Origin: Eledone cirrhosa
Lineage: Eukaryota
DNA length: 64,000 nucleotides
Direction: 5' to 3'
NCBI GenBank assembly: GCA_964016885.1
Contig: OZ024741.1
Location: 103,044,001 to 103,108,000 of the forward strand
The notes under the pieces are model-generated. The model was not told where the DNA came from, did no database searches, and worked only from the letters and a program-made list of their open reading frames with translations. The position numbers and the translations under genes were made by a program. Positions 28,971-45,974 of this stretch are shown one piece after another (position 1 is the stretch's first letter; every line of letters begins with the position of its first letter).

Positions 28971-29348
28971 GCAAAAGTTCTATTTAAAGTTGTTGGGATA
29001 CAACAAGTAAATATTTTTATAACTGATATAAAGCACTCGACAAATTTTTGGAGTAGATATACGATATTAATAAATGGAAACTATATTTATAAAACCATAT
29101 TTATTTCATTATACATATTTCAGGGATACCACATTAAATTATGGTATGCCTTCATTCGACAAAATACAATATATAACAGTTTTACAAATAGGTTTGACGT
29201 ACCCTTTAAAATACAACCATTATTGTAAAACTGTTATATATTGTATTTTGTCGAATGAAGGCATACCATAATTTAATGTGGTATCCCTGAAATATGTATA
29301 ATGAAATAAATATGGTTTTATAAATATAGTTTCCATTTATTAATATCG

Positions 29349-29350
<2 letters not shown>
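28968..29350. mobile_element. foldback of a PLE 3' end (16621 family) with mutated HHR cores
   Basis: 28968-29220 resembles 16621-16850; 29225-29350 is an inverted copy of 29060-29185. Confidence 0.75.
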
Positions 29351-29383
<33 letters not shown>

Positions 29384-29432
29384 ATGTGTGTGTGTGTATA
29401 TATATATATGTATATATATTTATATATATATA

Positions 29433-29571
<139 letters not shown>

Positions 29572-29576
29572 ATATG

Positions 29577-30329
<753 letters not shown>

Positions 30330-30508
30330 GTATATATATATGTATATATATATGTATATATATATGTATATATATATGTATATATATATATGTATATATA
30401 TATGTATATATATATGTATATATATATATGTTTATATATATGTATATATATATGTTTATATATATGTATATATATATGTATATACATATATATATGTTTA
30501 CATATATG

Positions 30509-30539
<31 letters not shown>

Positions 30540-30553
30540 GTATATATATATAT

Positions 30554-30599
<46 letters not shown>

Positions 30600-30743
30600 G
30601 TATATGTTTATATATATGTATATATATATATGTTTATGTATATGTTTATATATATGTATATATATATATGTTTATATATATGTATATATATATGTATATA
30701 TATATATGTTTATATATATGTATATGTATATGTATATATATAT

Positions 30744-30810
<67 letters not shown>

Positions 30811-30814
<4 letters not shown>

Positions 30815-30930
30815 AACCAGTAAGACCCCGACAGCTGAGCTCAAGCCGTTTCGACGGCTAATTCTGGACGAGTCCAGAATTAGCCGTCGAAACGGCTTGA
30901 GCTCAGCTGTCGGGGTCTTACTGGTTCCTA
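30811..30930. repeat. ~120 bp perfect hairpin containing the 3' half of an HHR-like motif
   Basis: taggaaccagtaag..ctggac ga gtccag..cttactggttccta; GAAAC ggct..agct GTC. Confidence 0.8.
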
Positions 30931-31008
30931 TTACCCACTCTACTACCTCAAGTATTGAGTACTTTGGTGCGTTATGGTCCACCTGGTTCCTTACCACATT
31001 TCCTTCGT

Positions 31009-31067
<59 letters not shown>

Positions 31068-31212
31068 GTTTGTATATATATATATATGTATATATATATA
31101 TGTTTATATATATATATATATATGTGTGTGTGTATATATATATATATGTGTGCATATATATGTGTGTATATATATATATATATGTATATATATATGTATT
31201 TATATATATATA

Positions 31213-31291
<79 letters not shown>

Positions 31292-31406
31292 GTATATGTT
31301 TATATATATATGTATATATATATATATATATGTTTATATATATTTATATGTTTATATATATATATATGTTTATATATATATATATGTTTATATATACATA
31401 TATATT

Positions 31407-31477
<71 letters not shown>

Positions 31478-32671
31478 ACATATACAGATGTGAGAAAAAC
31501 CACAGACTCTCCATCTCAACTCTACTTTTGAAAAGCAGAATGTGTGAAAGTTACTTCCCGCGCATCACAGGTTCAAAACTTCGAACTTCAATGAAAAAAA
31601 ATAGGTTAGCAGACACAGGTGTGTAATTTATTAATTGTAGTTACACAGTGTATCGTTGTAATTGTTATCTGCACGACTGACGGAAGTCAAAATCGCTTGA
31701 TATTGAATGTTCAGTTAATTTAAAGCAGGGTGAAAATGTCGATTACTTTCAGGGTTCTTTTATTTTTACAATTTTTGCGCTCACATGTGCAGAAGAAGAA
31801 TTAAAAGGGCCTTTATCTGAACCGCGGCATAATGGCGAGTCTTTTGTGACAGTTTTCAAGAATATAAGACGTTCCTGTAAAAAGTTTTCCCATGTGTAAC
31901 TTTGCCTTTTTTTGCGCAAAGTCGAGCCCCGCTTCAGTTTTATTGATTTTTTACATCAATGCGTGATCTCTGAAGTAGATTTGAGTAGCTAAAAACCTGT
32001 CCCGGTCAATTTGCTATAGGTGAAAAAAAGTTGATTAAAATTGTATCTAGGGTTATTGCCCTTTGCCACAGCCTCAAGCCTCGTCTGACGGGATGTTGGT
32101 GATTCCTCCGTCAGCGCTTGTTGGCGACGAAGGCGAACATCAGCAAGCCTTGTCGTACGTGATGTTGGTGACTCAACCAGCCGGGAAAGACGTCTATCAG
32201 CGAGTCGAGATTCGCGCTCAACAGGTGTTTCCTAGAGAAAATTAATTAATTCTACTGGTTAGCTAAGCCAATGGCAGTGTCAATAGTAAATGAGAAAAGT
32301 CTAACATGAACAAAAGGGAATCAAGGTAAGACAATAAATTTAATATAACTACGATTAGAATGTTGTAGTTGCTTAAAAGTGGTGACAGTTAGGATAAACG
32401 CAGTACTTGCTAACATTAAGGGAGAATATTGCATAAAGGATTAATCAATTGTGAATGAACTCATACCTGAGAACGCCTAATTCGTTGTCTCAAAGCAGTA
32501 GCTGTACCTTTTTTGGAGGTAAGTCTTGAACGTTTCCGTGTGGGCATAACGACGTGTAACGAAGCTGTTAGGTTAGAGAGAGGTGATTAAATACAGAGAG
32601 AGATGACACCAGATTCGTTAGCATGGTTACTGGTGAATGGGAAGGTTTGGAAATATGATTACAATAACTTA

Positions 32672-32925
32672 CCGAATTTTCCGGTCTATAAATTGCACTT
32701 AAAATAATTAAATTTAATCAAAAAACAGCTCTGCGCTTTATACTCCGGTGAGCCTTATGTATAAATAATACAATGGTAATCGTTCACGGCTCTAACAGGA
32801 GTAATAGATCTAGACTAAAAGTAAAGAAGATAGCATTTTCCTGGTTGGCCTTACACGCCGTTGCGCGGACCTGATTTTAAATGATACACCTTATATCCTG
32901 GTGAGCCTTATAGAGCGGAAAATAT
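32672..32925. mobile_element. decayed pogo/Tc2-like MITE
   Basis: ta-ccgaattttccggtctataa at left and ttatagagcggaaaata at right are imperfect TIRs; subterminal repeat ttata(c)tcc(t)ggtgagccttat. Confidence 0.5.
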
Positions 32926-33989
32926 CTATTGGAAAAGAATACGAATTCATGACCAAGGTGTGACAAAATAGGCGTCTATACAGCGCCTGAAACAAACTTG
33001 TCCAAAACCCTAGGATTTTTCTCGTTAAGTATCCACCCAAAAGGAACCGTTTTTTAGTTACAAAAAATAACCAAAGTGTATAGTAGCTATATTTCTGACA
33101 CATCATGCCAAAAAGAACAATATATTAAAAAAATGTTCTAAAGTACATTCAATCTCTCTTTTTGACCGATATCTTAATAAGCAAGTTATCGATTTTGTAT
33201 TGGCTGTCAGTGTCTATCTGCATGCAGGTGTGCACGTGTGCGCAATTAAATTGCAAATATTCTCATAACATTTAGTCGTAAGAGGAACAAAAAATGCCAT
33301 TAGAGGTGGGTTAATAATGAAGACACAACCCCTGGTGAACTTACGTTTAAACACCCGAAAAGTTAATCACTTCCTGTGCAAAAGACTCTATTATAAATTA
33401 AGTAATTTTTTAGAATCTTTTGTTTAAAAAAGGAAAACATTGGTACGACGTAACATTTTTTACAACTTTGTATGTGTACAATACAACTTGGTCAACGTAT
33501 TATTTAGTAAATTTTTTTTCAAAAAGCATGATTATTTAAGACTGTTTGAAAATTTACTCACAGCTTTTAGCATCACAAAAGACACCATTAAATTTGGTTC
33601 CCTTTTCAGATAGGGATAATACTGTATTTCCACTTGAATAAGGTGGAATATGAAAAGATAAACTCTTTAATGGTCGGTCGTTTACTGAGACAGCTGGGAA
33701 GACATGCAGCTGGCCATCCAATCAATAACGCACGTCCTTATATGGGCATATGAAATTTATTTTTATTGCGCCAGATGTAAACTAAGAGTTCTTGTGTTCG
33801 AATTCACATAAAATTTCATTGGAATCGAAAAACATTCAGTCATAGGGCCCGATTATCGATTTTTCGAAAATTTCAAGTAGCCTATTCCACTCTACGCGTT
33901 GATTTTTATATATGTGTGAGGTTTCATGAAAATTGGATGAACGGTGTAGCATGCAAGTTCCGAACACCAAACAATGTCCATCTTCCTTT

Positions 33990-34078
<89 letters not shown>

Positions 34079-34127
34079 GTATATATATATGTATATTTAT
34101 ATGTATATATATATGTATATATGTATG

Positions 34128-34158
<31 letters not shown>

Positions 34159-34691
34159 GTATATTTATATGTATATATATGTATATATATATGTATATAT
34201 ATATGTATATATATATGTATATATACATACGTATATATATTTATGTATATATATATGCATATATATATGTATATATATATATGTATATATATATGTATAT
34301 ATATATATGTATATATGTATATATATATGTATATATATATATATGTATATATATATGTATATATATGTATATATATGTATATATATGTATATATATGTAT
34401 ATATATATATGTATATATATGTATATATATATATGTATATATATATGTATATATATATATATATGTATATATATGTATATATATATATGTATATATATGT
34501 ATATATATGTATATATATGTATATATATATATGTATATATATGTATATATATATATATATGTATATATATGTATATATATATATGTATATATATATATGT
34601 ATATATATGTATATATATATATATATGTATATATATGTATATATATATATGTATATATATATATGTATATATATATATGTTTATATATATG

Positions 34692-34722
<31 letters not shown>

Positions 34723-34803
34723 GTATATATATATGTATATATATATATGTATATATATATATGTATATATATATATGTATATATATATATGTTTATATAT
34801 ATG

Positions 34804-34834
<31 letters not shown>

Positions 34835-34871
34835 GTATATATATATGTATATATATATGTATATATATATG

Positions 34872-34926
<55 letters not shown>

Positions 34927-34947
34927 ATATATATGTATATATATATG

Positions 34948-34996
<49 letters not shown>

Positions 34997-35005
34997 ATAT
35001 ATATG

Positions 35006-35062
<57 letters not shown>

Positions 35063-35330
35063 ATATATATGTATATATATATATGTATATATATATATGT
35101 ATATATATATGTATATATATGTATATATATGTGTATATATATATGTATATATATGTATATATATATATATGTGTATATATATATATATATATGTGTGTAT
35201 GTATATATATATCATATGTTGAAAAGGTAACATATTGTATTTTAAAGAGCTCAGGATTTCTTCTCCATTGAGCACATTATTTACAGGGAATGGCGAGGGT
35301 CTATGGCTCCGTTAATTTATCGTGTATATA

Positions 35331-35401
<71 letters not shown>

Positions 35402-35444
35402 ATATATATGTATGTATATATATATGTATATATATATGTATATA

Positions 35445-37812
35445 TTGTTATACTTTGGGAGGGTCATGTTGCCAATAAGAAACACACGCACCAAATACTT
35501 TCACTTCAATTTATTATAAATTAAATTTATAAATTTAGGAATTTATGAATTTCCGGTTGGTTGGTTGGTTCCACAACCAGACGATTGTTCATATAGTGTC
35601 AAAGTTCTTTCGTCGCACATTCTGTGACCTCTTCATTGAATGAGGATTATTTTCTTTGTTTTTGTGCCTCTCCTTTGTTCTGTTCTACGCCATCTTGTTT
35701 TTGTGTGTGTTGTGTGCTTAGTTTGCGCATGTGTTACATCCGGGTGCCTGTGTGTGTTTATATTTGTTTATTTATTTGTTTATTTACATGTTACTGGTTG
35801 GTTGTTTGTTCTATGTGTGTGTGTGTGTTTTCATTTTGTCCTTAATTGTAAGTTGTGATGTTGTAATTCCATTCATGCTTTCTATTTAATTTTGGATGGA
35901 GTTCATTTATGTTTATTGCCTCTGTGATTTGTCTAAACATTGCGTCTTTTCTGTGTGTAGATTCTATTTTTATTTCTATGTTCTCTAATTTACCCTTATG
36001 TTCTATTTTAGCATGTTGGTAGAGTACAGATGATTCTTTACTATCTTGAAGGTCTCGCCAGTGTTCATTTATCCGTTCTCCTATACTACGAGCTGTCTCA
36101 CCTATGTACACTATATTCTTCTCTCTACATTTTCCTTCAGTACATCTTATGCTATATACTACATTTCTAGTTTTACAGTTAATATGGGGGCTTAGTTTAC
36201 AGATTATAGATTTCTTATCTATACAGGGAAGTCATTGAAAAGGGTATGTATTGCTAATAAGTGTTTTTATGGAGGTACCTGATCTTTCTACAATCTTAAT
36301 ATTGAGTTTATGTTTATCTAGGGCCCTTCTGAATGTGTAAGCTAATTCACCTCTAGGGGTTGTATTGATGAACATTAGACTCTGGTTTTTATTGCTATCA
36401 TACCATGAGTTTATTCTATTAACCTTATTCCTAGTTCTTTCTATTCTATTCCACAATTTGCTCCTACACAAGGGGCAAGTCCCATTTGTATCATTAATTA
36501 CCATTTTTTCCCCATTTGGTTATCGCTCCTCTATATACTCTGATCTTATCACTCTGATTGTAACCAGAGAACTGCATACGGTGGATGAAGTGTTGTATGT
36601 GTCTCTCTAGTTCTTTGGGGTTGCACATGCGGGACACGTTTCTCATCACCCGTACCAAATCCTCAATCAATATGTTGATTTTGGTGTGGTCCGAAACAGC
36701 TGAGTTTCGGTGGATCAGATATTTGGAAGTCATGGGTTTGGCATAATGGGAATGGAGGATCTGTTTTTTGTTATTGATAGTATCTAACCAGAACTCTGTG
36801 TCTAGTACAGGTAATCGATGGTTGGGGTGTTTGCTTGGGTAGTCTATAGTAACTCTAATACTCTGGTGGATGGAGTTAGCTATTTGCTGGATGCTTTCCA
36901 TTGTGTTTTTCTCTAATTCCTGACTGTTTTCTAGTGGGGGTGTTTTTACTACGATGTTTTTACTACTAGCGGCAGTACATTATCAGGGTTAAGAGGTTGC
37001 TGTCATCTAATTGTTCTTTAAGTTTAAGCTTAAGTCTACTGTCCCACCATACCATGAATAGGTTAGCTGTGTCACCTGCAATGCTAACACCAATGGCTGC
37101 TCCTTCCTCTTGGGCATATGTTTTTCCATTAAATTTGAACATATGTTCCTTAAGGGTTAATTTTATACTGGCCCCCACCGCATGTGCAATCATTTTCTTC
37201 AGTTCATCGTGGTTTTCGGGGATCCGTATGGCTCTGGTCCACCCGTTCCATCTATCTGTGTGGGTTTTCTTGGCCATTGAGGTAATGGTAGGTGGTCTGC
37301 CTCTTGCTGGTCTTGTAGGGCACAGGTTGCTAAGGTCATATGTATCTAGATAATTATTACTATAAGTTTAAGTAAGAGTCCCAGCTCACTGGTATCAATC
37401 CCACGGAATACAATATTGCTCTCACTGATCATTTCTACGCATTTCTCCACAGCAAAATCCACGTCAATAGATGGATACAGGGACACAACATCCATACTGC
37501 CTATTATGCAGTTTGTTAGGTCCCTGGATCGGTTACCTTCGGTGATTCTGCTGAGGAGGTCCTCCGTGCCGTCACATATATCTGGGGACATTTCAATGAT
37601 GGGGCGTATGATCAGGGGGAGGAAGTAGGAAAGTCTGTAGTTACTAGCAATGTTAGCTCCACAGACTGGCCGTGTTGGTGGTCCTGTGACAGGGTCATTG
37701 CTCGTTTTATGGTCTTTTCGTAGCCCATACAACGCAGGCACGTAGTATAACAATATCAGTTTCAACACACGTTTTCAGATAAAGAATCTTGCTAAACAAA
37801 TTCAGAAATGAA
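35445..37812 (-). mobile_element. 5'-truncated PLE (RT + GIY-YIG, possibly Nematis-like), disrupted by stops and frameshifts
   Basis: [73 protein letters not shown]; degenerate HHR at ~35597-35640. Confidence 0.9.
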
Positions 37813-37901
37813 ATATATGTATATATATATATGTATATATATATATGTATATATATATATGTATATATATATATGTATATATATATGTATATATATATAT
37901 G

Positions 37902-37992
<91 letters not shown>

Positions 37993-38103
37993 TGTAATAA
38001 AATGAAAACGAAATTTCATTTCTCACTCTTAGTACGGCACTTACTTAAATGTAAGTATGTATGTATACGTACATACATATATGTATACAGACGTACACTA
38101 GCA

Positions 38104-38161
<58 letters not shown>

Positions 38162-38224
38162 CAGGTACACATACATATATGTACGTATCAGTTTAGCGTA
38201 CATATATGTATGTGTACCTGTATG

Positions 38225-38270
<46 letters not shown>

Positions 38271-38386
38271 TGCTACTGTACGTCTGTATACATATATGTA
38301 TGTACGTATACATACATACTTACATATATATATATTTATATATATAAATATATATATATATATATGTATGTATGTATATATCTATA

Positions 38387-38473
<87 letters not shown>

Positions 38474-38872
38474 ATGTGTGTGTGTATATATGTGTAAGTA
38501 TTATAATGCTCGCTTTGTTTGTAAACAAACAGCTCGAATTATTAGCCGTACAGTGTTCGATAACCATCGTTGCCCTCTTGTTCAAAACGGAAAGTATATA
38601 TTTTCTTTATGCATATTATGCATATCGATTCATTTAGTCGACCGGGCCAACCGAAAACGATAAATGGAAAAAATGAAATTTCATTTCTCACTCTTAGTGC
38701 GGTTGATACTTAAATCTAAGTATGTATACGTACATACATATATGTATACAGACTTACATTAGAATGTATATACATACATGCACACATATATATATATATA
38801 TATGTACGTATGGGTTTACCGAACATTTATTATAATGCTCGGTTTGTTTGTAAACAAACAGCCCGAATTATT
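37993..38872 (-). mobile_element. relatives of the 420-nt element, including a ~330-nt-period copy lacking the HHR and a small foldback
   Basis: reverse complement of 8484-9042 blocks; ttataatgctcg at ~38501 and ~38830. Confidence 0.65.
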
Positions 38873-38883
38873 ATATATATGTA

Positions 38884-38917
<34 letters not shown>

Positions 38918-38919
38918 CA

Positions 38920-38980
<61 letters not shown>

Positions 38981-39013
38981 GTATATATATGTATATATAT
39001 GTATGTATGTATA

Positions 39014-39070
<57 letters not shown>

Positions 39071-39085
39071 GTATATATATGTATG

Positions 39086-39164
<79 letters not shown>

Positions 39165-39186
39165 GTATGTATATATATATATATAC

Positions 39187-39740
39187 ATCGGGTCGTTGGC
39201 GACTAAACTGGCAACCCCACCAAGGTTTCTTGGTGAGGAGGGTGACTTTGGACATCCTGCAGGACTAAAAACAAAACCTGTCAAAGGGCAAAGGAGCTCT
39301 TAAGAGTCAATGGCCATCCAAAATCACCGGGAGAGATGACCCCTTAGCCTTTGTCAAGGCAGAATTCTAGGAGAAGGAAAACTCTGATATAACACCTGCA
39401 ACCCTGATGGTATCCAATGATGTTGACTTGTTCTTCTTTTTGGTAAATATCATCTTAGTTAAGAGAGTGGGACTGGCTTTGTGCAGTGCCTTTGCTCACT
39501 ATAAAAGCTTCACGGCACAGGCATTGCTTTATATCTGGAGATCTCTCTGCACTTGTTGTCACATGGTACCATGGGCCTAGCACTATGTATCAATAATTGT
39601 CACAAGTGTAGTGTTTGTACCAGAGTTTTCAAGTCGCTGGCTGGACTAAAAAGTCACACTTGTTCAGCGCATCGTTAGGCGTTCTCCTACATGGATATAA
39701 AGTAGTGGCCGTACTCGAAAACGAGTTGGCAGCCACCATG
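39187..39740 (+). mobile_element. 5'-truncated copy of the RTE-related non-autonomous element
   Basis: near-identical reverse complement of 52501-53052. Confidence 0.85.
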
Positions 39741-40357
39741 TATATATATACGGGGTAACAAATAATAGTTAAATGCAGTCCACTTAGGTAAAGTCCAGTT
39801 ATGGTATTCCAGGTAGTGGATGATATTAACGCTTGGCTTGGTTTGACTCAACAAGGCGTGTTCATAGTGATGCTGCGGGTATGCCGTAATTCCTATGTTG
39901 TAAACACTTGGAGTAATAATAAATCAGGAAAGAAGGTTGACATGGTTTGCTATACAAAAAAGGTTTTTAATCTCATAGCTGACAATTGTTTCTCTGAACT
40001 GGTAGGTCTAGAGATCGCTATTCGCTTATTTTCGCGTTACTCGATCGCCAATACAAAATTATAATTTTGGTTATAATTTTGTATTGGCGATCGAGTAACG
40101 CGATATATATATATGTATACATACATATATATATGTATACATACAAATATATAAGGATATATATATATATATATATATGTATACATACATATATATATGT
40201 ATATATATATGTATATATATATATGTATATATATGTATATGTATATGTATATATGTATATGTATATATATGTATATATGTATGTATATGTATATAAATGT
40301 ATATATATGTATATATATATATATGTATATGTATATGTATATATATATACTTATATG

Positions 40358-40428
<71 letters not shown>

Positions 40429-40481
40429 TTGTATATATATATATATACATATATATATTTGTATATATATATATACATATG

Positions 40482-40514
<33 letters not shown>

Positions 40515-40609
40515 GTATATGTATATATATATATGTATATGTATATATATATGTATATGTATATATATATGTATATATATATATATATATATGTATATCT
40601 ATATATATG

Positions 40610-41340
<731 letters not shown>

Positions 41341-41401
41341 TATATATATATATATATACATATATATACATATACATATATATATATACATATATATATA
41401 C

Positions 41402-41443
<42 letters not shown>

Positions 41444-41483
41444 GTATATATATATGTATACATATATATATATGTATATATAT

Positions 41484-41535
<52 letters not shown>

Positions 41536-41775
41536 ATACATATACATATATATACATATATATATATATACATATATATATATACATATACATATATATA
41601 TATATATATATATATTTACATATATATATACATATGTATATATATATATATATATATACATACATATATATATATACTTATATATATATATATACATATA
41701 TATATATACATATATATATACATATACAGACATATATATATATACATATATATATATGTATATGTATATATATAC

Positions 41776-41819
<44 letters not shown>

Positions 41820-41865
41820 GTATATATATATATATACATATATATACATATACATATATATATAC

Positions 41866-41929
<64 letters not shown>

Positions 41930-41930
<1 letters not shown>

Positions 41931-43358
41931 TTAAAACAATGAAATAAAAATTCAAGTCCAGTAGTGCTAAGTTTAATATTCTGATCGCAGATTTGGTACG
42001 AGTGATGAAGAATGTGTCCAGCATGTGCGACCCAACAGAAATGGAAGGACACATCCAACACTTCATCAACCGCATGCAGTTCTCTGGCTACAACCAAAGA
42101 GACAGAGTCAGAGTATACGAAGGAGCCATGGAAAAGTATAAGACCCTCATAGAACTGGACATGAAAGGAATTTGCCCACTATACAGGAGCAAATCATGGA
42201 ATAGCTTAGATAGGGCTAGACATAAGATAGGGAAGGCCACATCATGGTACGACAACCAGAGATATCAGAGTGTCATGTTTGTGGACGCCACCCCTGGAGG
42301 GAAATTAGCTAACCAGTGTAGAAAGGCCCTGAGAAAGACCCACTTAAAAATAAAGGTGGTAGAAAAGCCAGGAACCACCATAAAATCCCTGATCAGCAAA
42401 ACCTACCCTTTTAAGAAAACCCACTGTACCAATAGGAAATGTATCATATGTAAGGTGAACCCCCGGATAAACTGTAAAACTAGAAACGTAGTCTATAGCA
42501 TAAGATGTACAGAGGGTACTTGCAGAAACACGACAACAACATACATAGGTGAGACAGCTCGTAGCATAGGTGAAAGGATAGACCAACACTGGGGGGAACT
42601 AAAAGGACGAAAAAACGGGTCAGTACTATACGAACATGCTAGACAACAACATGACGGTAACATAGACAACATAGAAATTAGAATAATATCTAAACATAGG
42701 AATGACCCAGCAGATAGGCAAATCAGAGAGGCCAGTGAAATAGAAATTAGAAGACCAAAGCTAAACAGAAAGAATGAGTGGAACAACAACAACACCCAAA
42801 CAAACAACACTGACCTAAGAGAAGTATAAATAAATAAGTAAATTAAATAAAATAAATAAAATAAGATAAATAAATACATACACAAGCACATAAACACACA
42901 CTAGTCACCCAGCAGACACAACACTATACACACTAGTCACACATCACACATAACACTATACACACACGCAAACGCATGCGCAAAGAAGACAAAATAAAAT
43001 AAGATAAACAAACAAGCAAATAAATAAATAAATATATAGACAGACTGAACACAAAAAAAAAATGGCGTCGACATACAACACAACAGGAGGAACAATGAAT
43101 ATAACACCACTGACGATGTTGCAGATGTGCAACGAAAGATTTATGTAAATTATGTAAACTATATATATATGTGTTTGTCTATATTGTATCTGTATTATTT
43201 TTGACCGCCGGTCAGTCAATGGCAACATTGAGGACCGAGTAAGTTAGATCGCAGATATATATATATAAAAGACAGCGAGAAGCGAAAACCAACCAAACAG
43301 TGAGTGTGTTCTGTTATTAATTCTGGCAATATTACGCAAATATGACCCTCCCCAAATA

Positions 43359-43365
<7 letters not shown>
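41930..43365 (+). mobile_element. 5'-truncated PLE, same superfamily as 35445-37812; HHR motif at 43105-43146
   Basis: ORF plus 3' UTR ending gaccctcccc aaatataac(TA)n; CTGACGA t gttgca gatg tgcaac GAAA. Confidence 0.9.
41993..42829 (+). CDS. PLE thumb/linker + GIY-YIG endonuclease (N-terminally truncated)
   Basis: [14 protein letters not shown], CxxxxCxx[35 protein letters not shown]. Confidence 0.85.
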   Translation: MVRVMKNVSSMCDPTEMEGHIQHFINRMQFSGYNQRDRVRVYEGAMEKYKTLIELDMKGICPLYRSKSWNSLDRARHKIGKATSWYDNQRYQSVMFVDATPGGKLANQCRKALRKTHLKIKVVEKPGTTIKSLISKTYPFKKTHCTNRKCIICKVNPRINCKTRNVVYSIRCTEGTCRNTTTTYIGETARSIGERIDQHWGELKGRKNGSVLYEHARQQHDGNIDNIEIRIISKHRNDPADRQIREASEIEIRRPKLNRKNEWNNNNTQTNNTDLREV

Positions 43366-43429
<64 letters not shown>

Positions 43430-43448
43430 ATATATATATATATATATG

Positions 43449-43493
<45 letters not shown>

Positions 43494-43512
43494 ATATATA
43501 TATATATATATG

Positions 43513-43591
<79 letters not shown>

Positions 43592-43610
43592 ATATATATA
43601 TATATATATG

Positions 43611-43653
<43 letters not shown>

Positions 43654-43687
43654 AGATTTGAATGGATACAGTTTAGTTGAAAGGAAT

Positions 43688-43804
43688 TTATTGACACGTG
43701 TTTCTATAACAGTTACATAACCTAAAACAGCTATCTACAAACTTTTAGTTATGCAGACATTCAATATTTCAATGTTATTATTTACTGTCATTTCATCAGA
43801 ATAA
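43688..43804 (-). ncRNA. type I hammerhead with very long helix II
   Basis: ttatt CTGATGA a atgacagt..actgttat a GAAAC acgt GTC aataa. Confidence 0.7.
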
Positions 43805-44354
43805 TATTACTGAGGACCTATTTAGTTTTTATAGAGAATATTAGGAGGGAGGGGTGAAGTTGTTAGAAGAATAGTTGAAGGAGTGGTTTTTCGATAGCAG
43901 TGAGAATTCTTGGTGGCAGTGAGTAATTAGATTCCCATCTGTTGTTTTGACATTTTTTATAGAATATATTATTGGTTATTTTTCTAAATCTATAGAAGGA
44001 TTAGAGATAGTAAAGATATGCGTGGTTGGTTTTGTGTTTGCACTTAACATTCAGACTTAAATTTTTCTTTCAAGTGTACGTATTCTTTCACCCACGCATT
44101 CACACACAAATATATTTGCACACCTCTTCAAAATACATATACTCACAATTCACATATTCATACTTACATATATATACACATGCATACACATATATATACA
44201 CACATGTATTCATGTACATACATACGCGCTCATGTGTATACATTTTCATACTCAACTTATCTTTATATATACACACGTATAGACACACACATATATACAT
44301 ACACACTCTAGTCCATGTGTACACACATACATATACATACACATCCATATACAC

Positions 44355-44427
<73 letters not shown>

Positions 44428-44754
44428 CATACATATACATATATACACATATATACATATACACACACACATATATATATATATAAGCACTTTAATACAT
44501 GAATACACTTACATCTAACTATACACATCAAACATATATATATATTTACTTATTTATATACATTTTCACATATATATACATACTTATGGACGTTTTTAGA
44601 CACATTCATTATCGCATATTTGTACCTATTCTCATCAGCATATCTTTTCATTATTAGTATGGTAATTTAAGGTTATTAATATATGTTGAGAAGAGATTGT
44701 TTTTATATTTTTCTAACTAGATTAAGGTTTATATAGTTGGGGGATGTCCCTCTT

Positions 44755-45720
44755 TTATGTAATATTCTGCTTGTAGTGGGAAAAAAGGGTTTTAGTTCTG
44801 TGACGGCAGAATAATGTTCGTTCAATTCTGTTATTCAGCAGTTTCTTCTTGTGTGTGATTATGTAATAAATCTCAAGATTACACAATTTGCAGAAATTTT
44901 GGCTCCTGGAAAAGCTTTGGGTTTTAGCTAATTTTTCCCATTTTAGGGTAAACTTTTGATTGCTATCCCTGAGCGTCCAAGCTTTTTCTGCTAAAGTTGT
45001 TACATTTCTTTGGCTCTGGTGTTTTATTGAGTAAGAATGCCTATACAATCGAGATTTAAACGATGTTGCCGTTGATCCCACGTAATACCACTCGTTGCCT
45101 CCGGATTTAATGGTACACTTATAAATAATATTTTTTTCCAGGCAGTTATTGCCGAGGGGGCAGTTGTCAGGATAGGTGCAGTTACAGTTGTGTACGTTGG
45201 GTTTTCTCTGGAGTAGTATTGCGGACGAACTTAGGTGTGGTTTATTTATGTTCTGTAGTGTATTGTCTACTGTTTTTTTGGGGTTCTTTGTACTTAAGTT
45301 CTTAGTGTTTTCGTTTAACCTTCTAGTATTGATCTTTTTTATGTGTTGTTCAAGGTTTAACGCTGTAGAGTATGACAGTCTTATAGTGGTAGGGTTTAGG
45401 ATTTTGTGGTATTTGTGTGATGTGGGAAAATGTCTTTTAATTATTTTAAAGAAGAGTACTGGTAAATTTGTACTAATGGAGCTATTGTATTCGGGGTTAT
45501 ACCATAAGTACTCTTTGCATCGCTTTCTATTAGTTTTGTTTGTTGGTTTACTGGTGTGCATACTATGGTAGTAAGTGTGGTTTGGTGTTGTGTTATTATA
45601 TCTACCTATGTGGGATTTATTTTGGGTGTTTTGATTGTTCCCATCTATGTACTCTATTTTGTTGAGGTAGCCTGCTTTACTAAGGGCGTTATCGTAGTAC
45701 TCGGCGTGTTCCTTAAATAC
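44755..45720 (-). CDS. PLE C-terminal region with GIY-YIG endonuclease (N-terminal YI part of the listed ORF is microsatellite)
   Basis: [62 protein letters not shown]. Confidence 0.85.
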   Translation of the reverse strand, partial: VFKEHAEYYDNALSKAGYLNKIEYIDGNNQNTQNKSHIGRYNNTTPNHTYYHSMHTSKPTNKTNRKRCKEYLWYNPEYNSSISTNLPVLFFKIIKRHFPTSHKYHKILNPTTIRLSYSTALNLEQHIKKINTRRLNENTKNLSTKNPKKTVDNTLQNINKPHLSSSAILLQRKPNVHNCNCTYPDNCPLGNNCLEKNIIYKCTIKSGGNEWYYVGSTATSFKSRLYRHSYSIKHQSQRNVTTLAEKAWTLRDSNQKFTLKWEKLAKTQSFSRSQNFCKLCNLEIYYIITHKKKLLNNRIERTLFCRHRTKTLFSHYKQNIT

Positions 45721-45737
45721 TTGTATATATATATATG

Positions 45738-45882
<145 letters not shown>

Positions 45883-45901
45883 ATATATATATATATATAT
45901 G

Positions 45902-45974
<73 letters not shown>

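Larger units (their letters stand above)
43650..45720 (-). mobile_element. 5'-truncated Naiad-like PLE with a long simple-repeat-rich 3' UTR
   Basis: ORF 44755-45720 followed by UTR and HHR; both ends in (TA)n. Confidence 0.85.

Noticed and set aside
36232-36234. In-frame TGA in a PLE as possible selenocysteine
   Set aside because: It aligns to Lys in the paralog at 41993, not Cys, and the element is otherwise decayed
39975-40105. Partial HHR (GAAAC aatt GTC) next to a small foldback
   Set aside because: The 5' core half is missing, so a ribozyme cannot be supported
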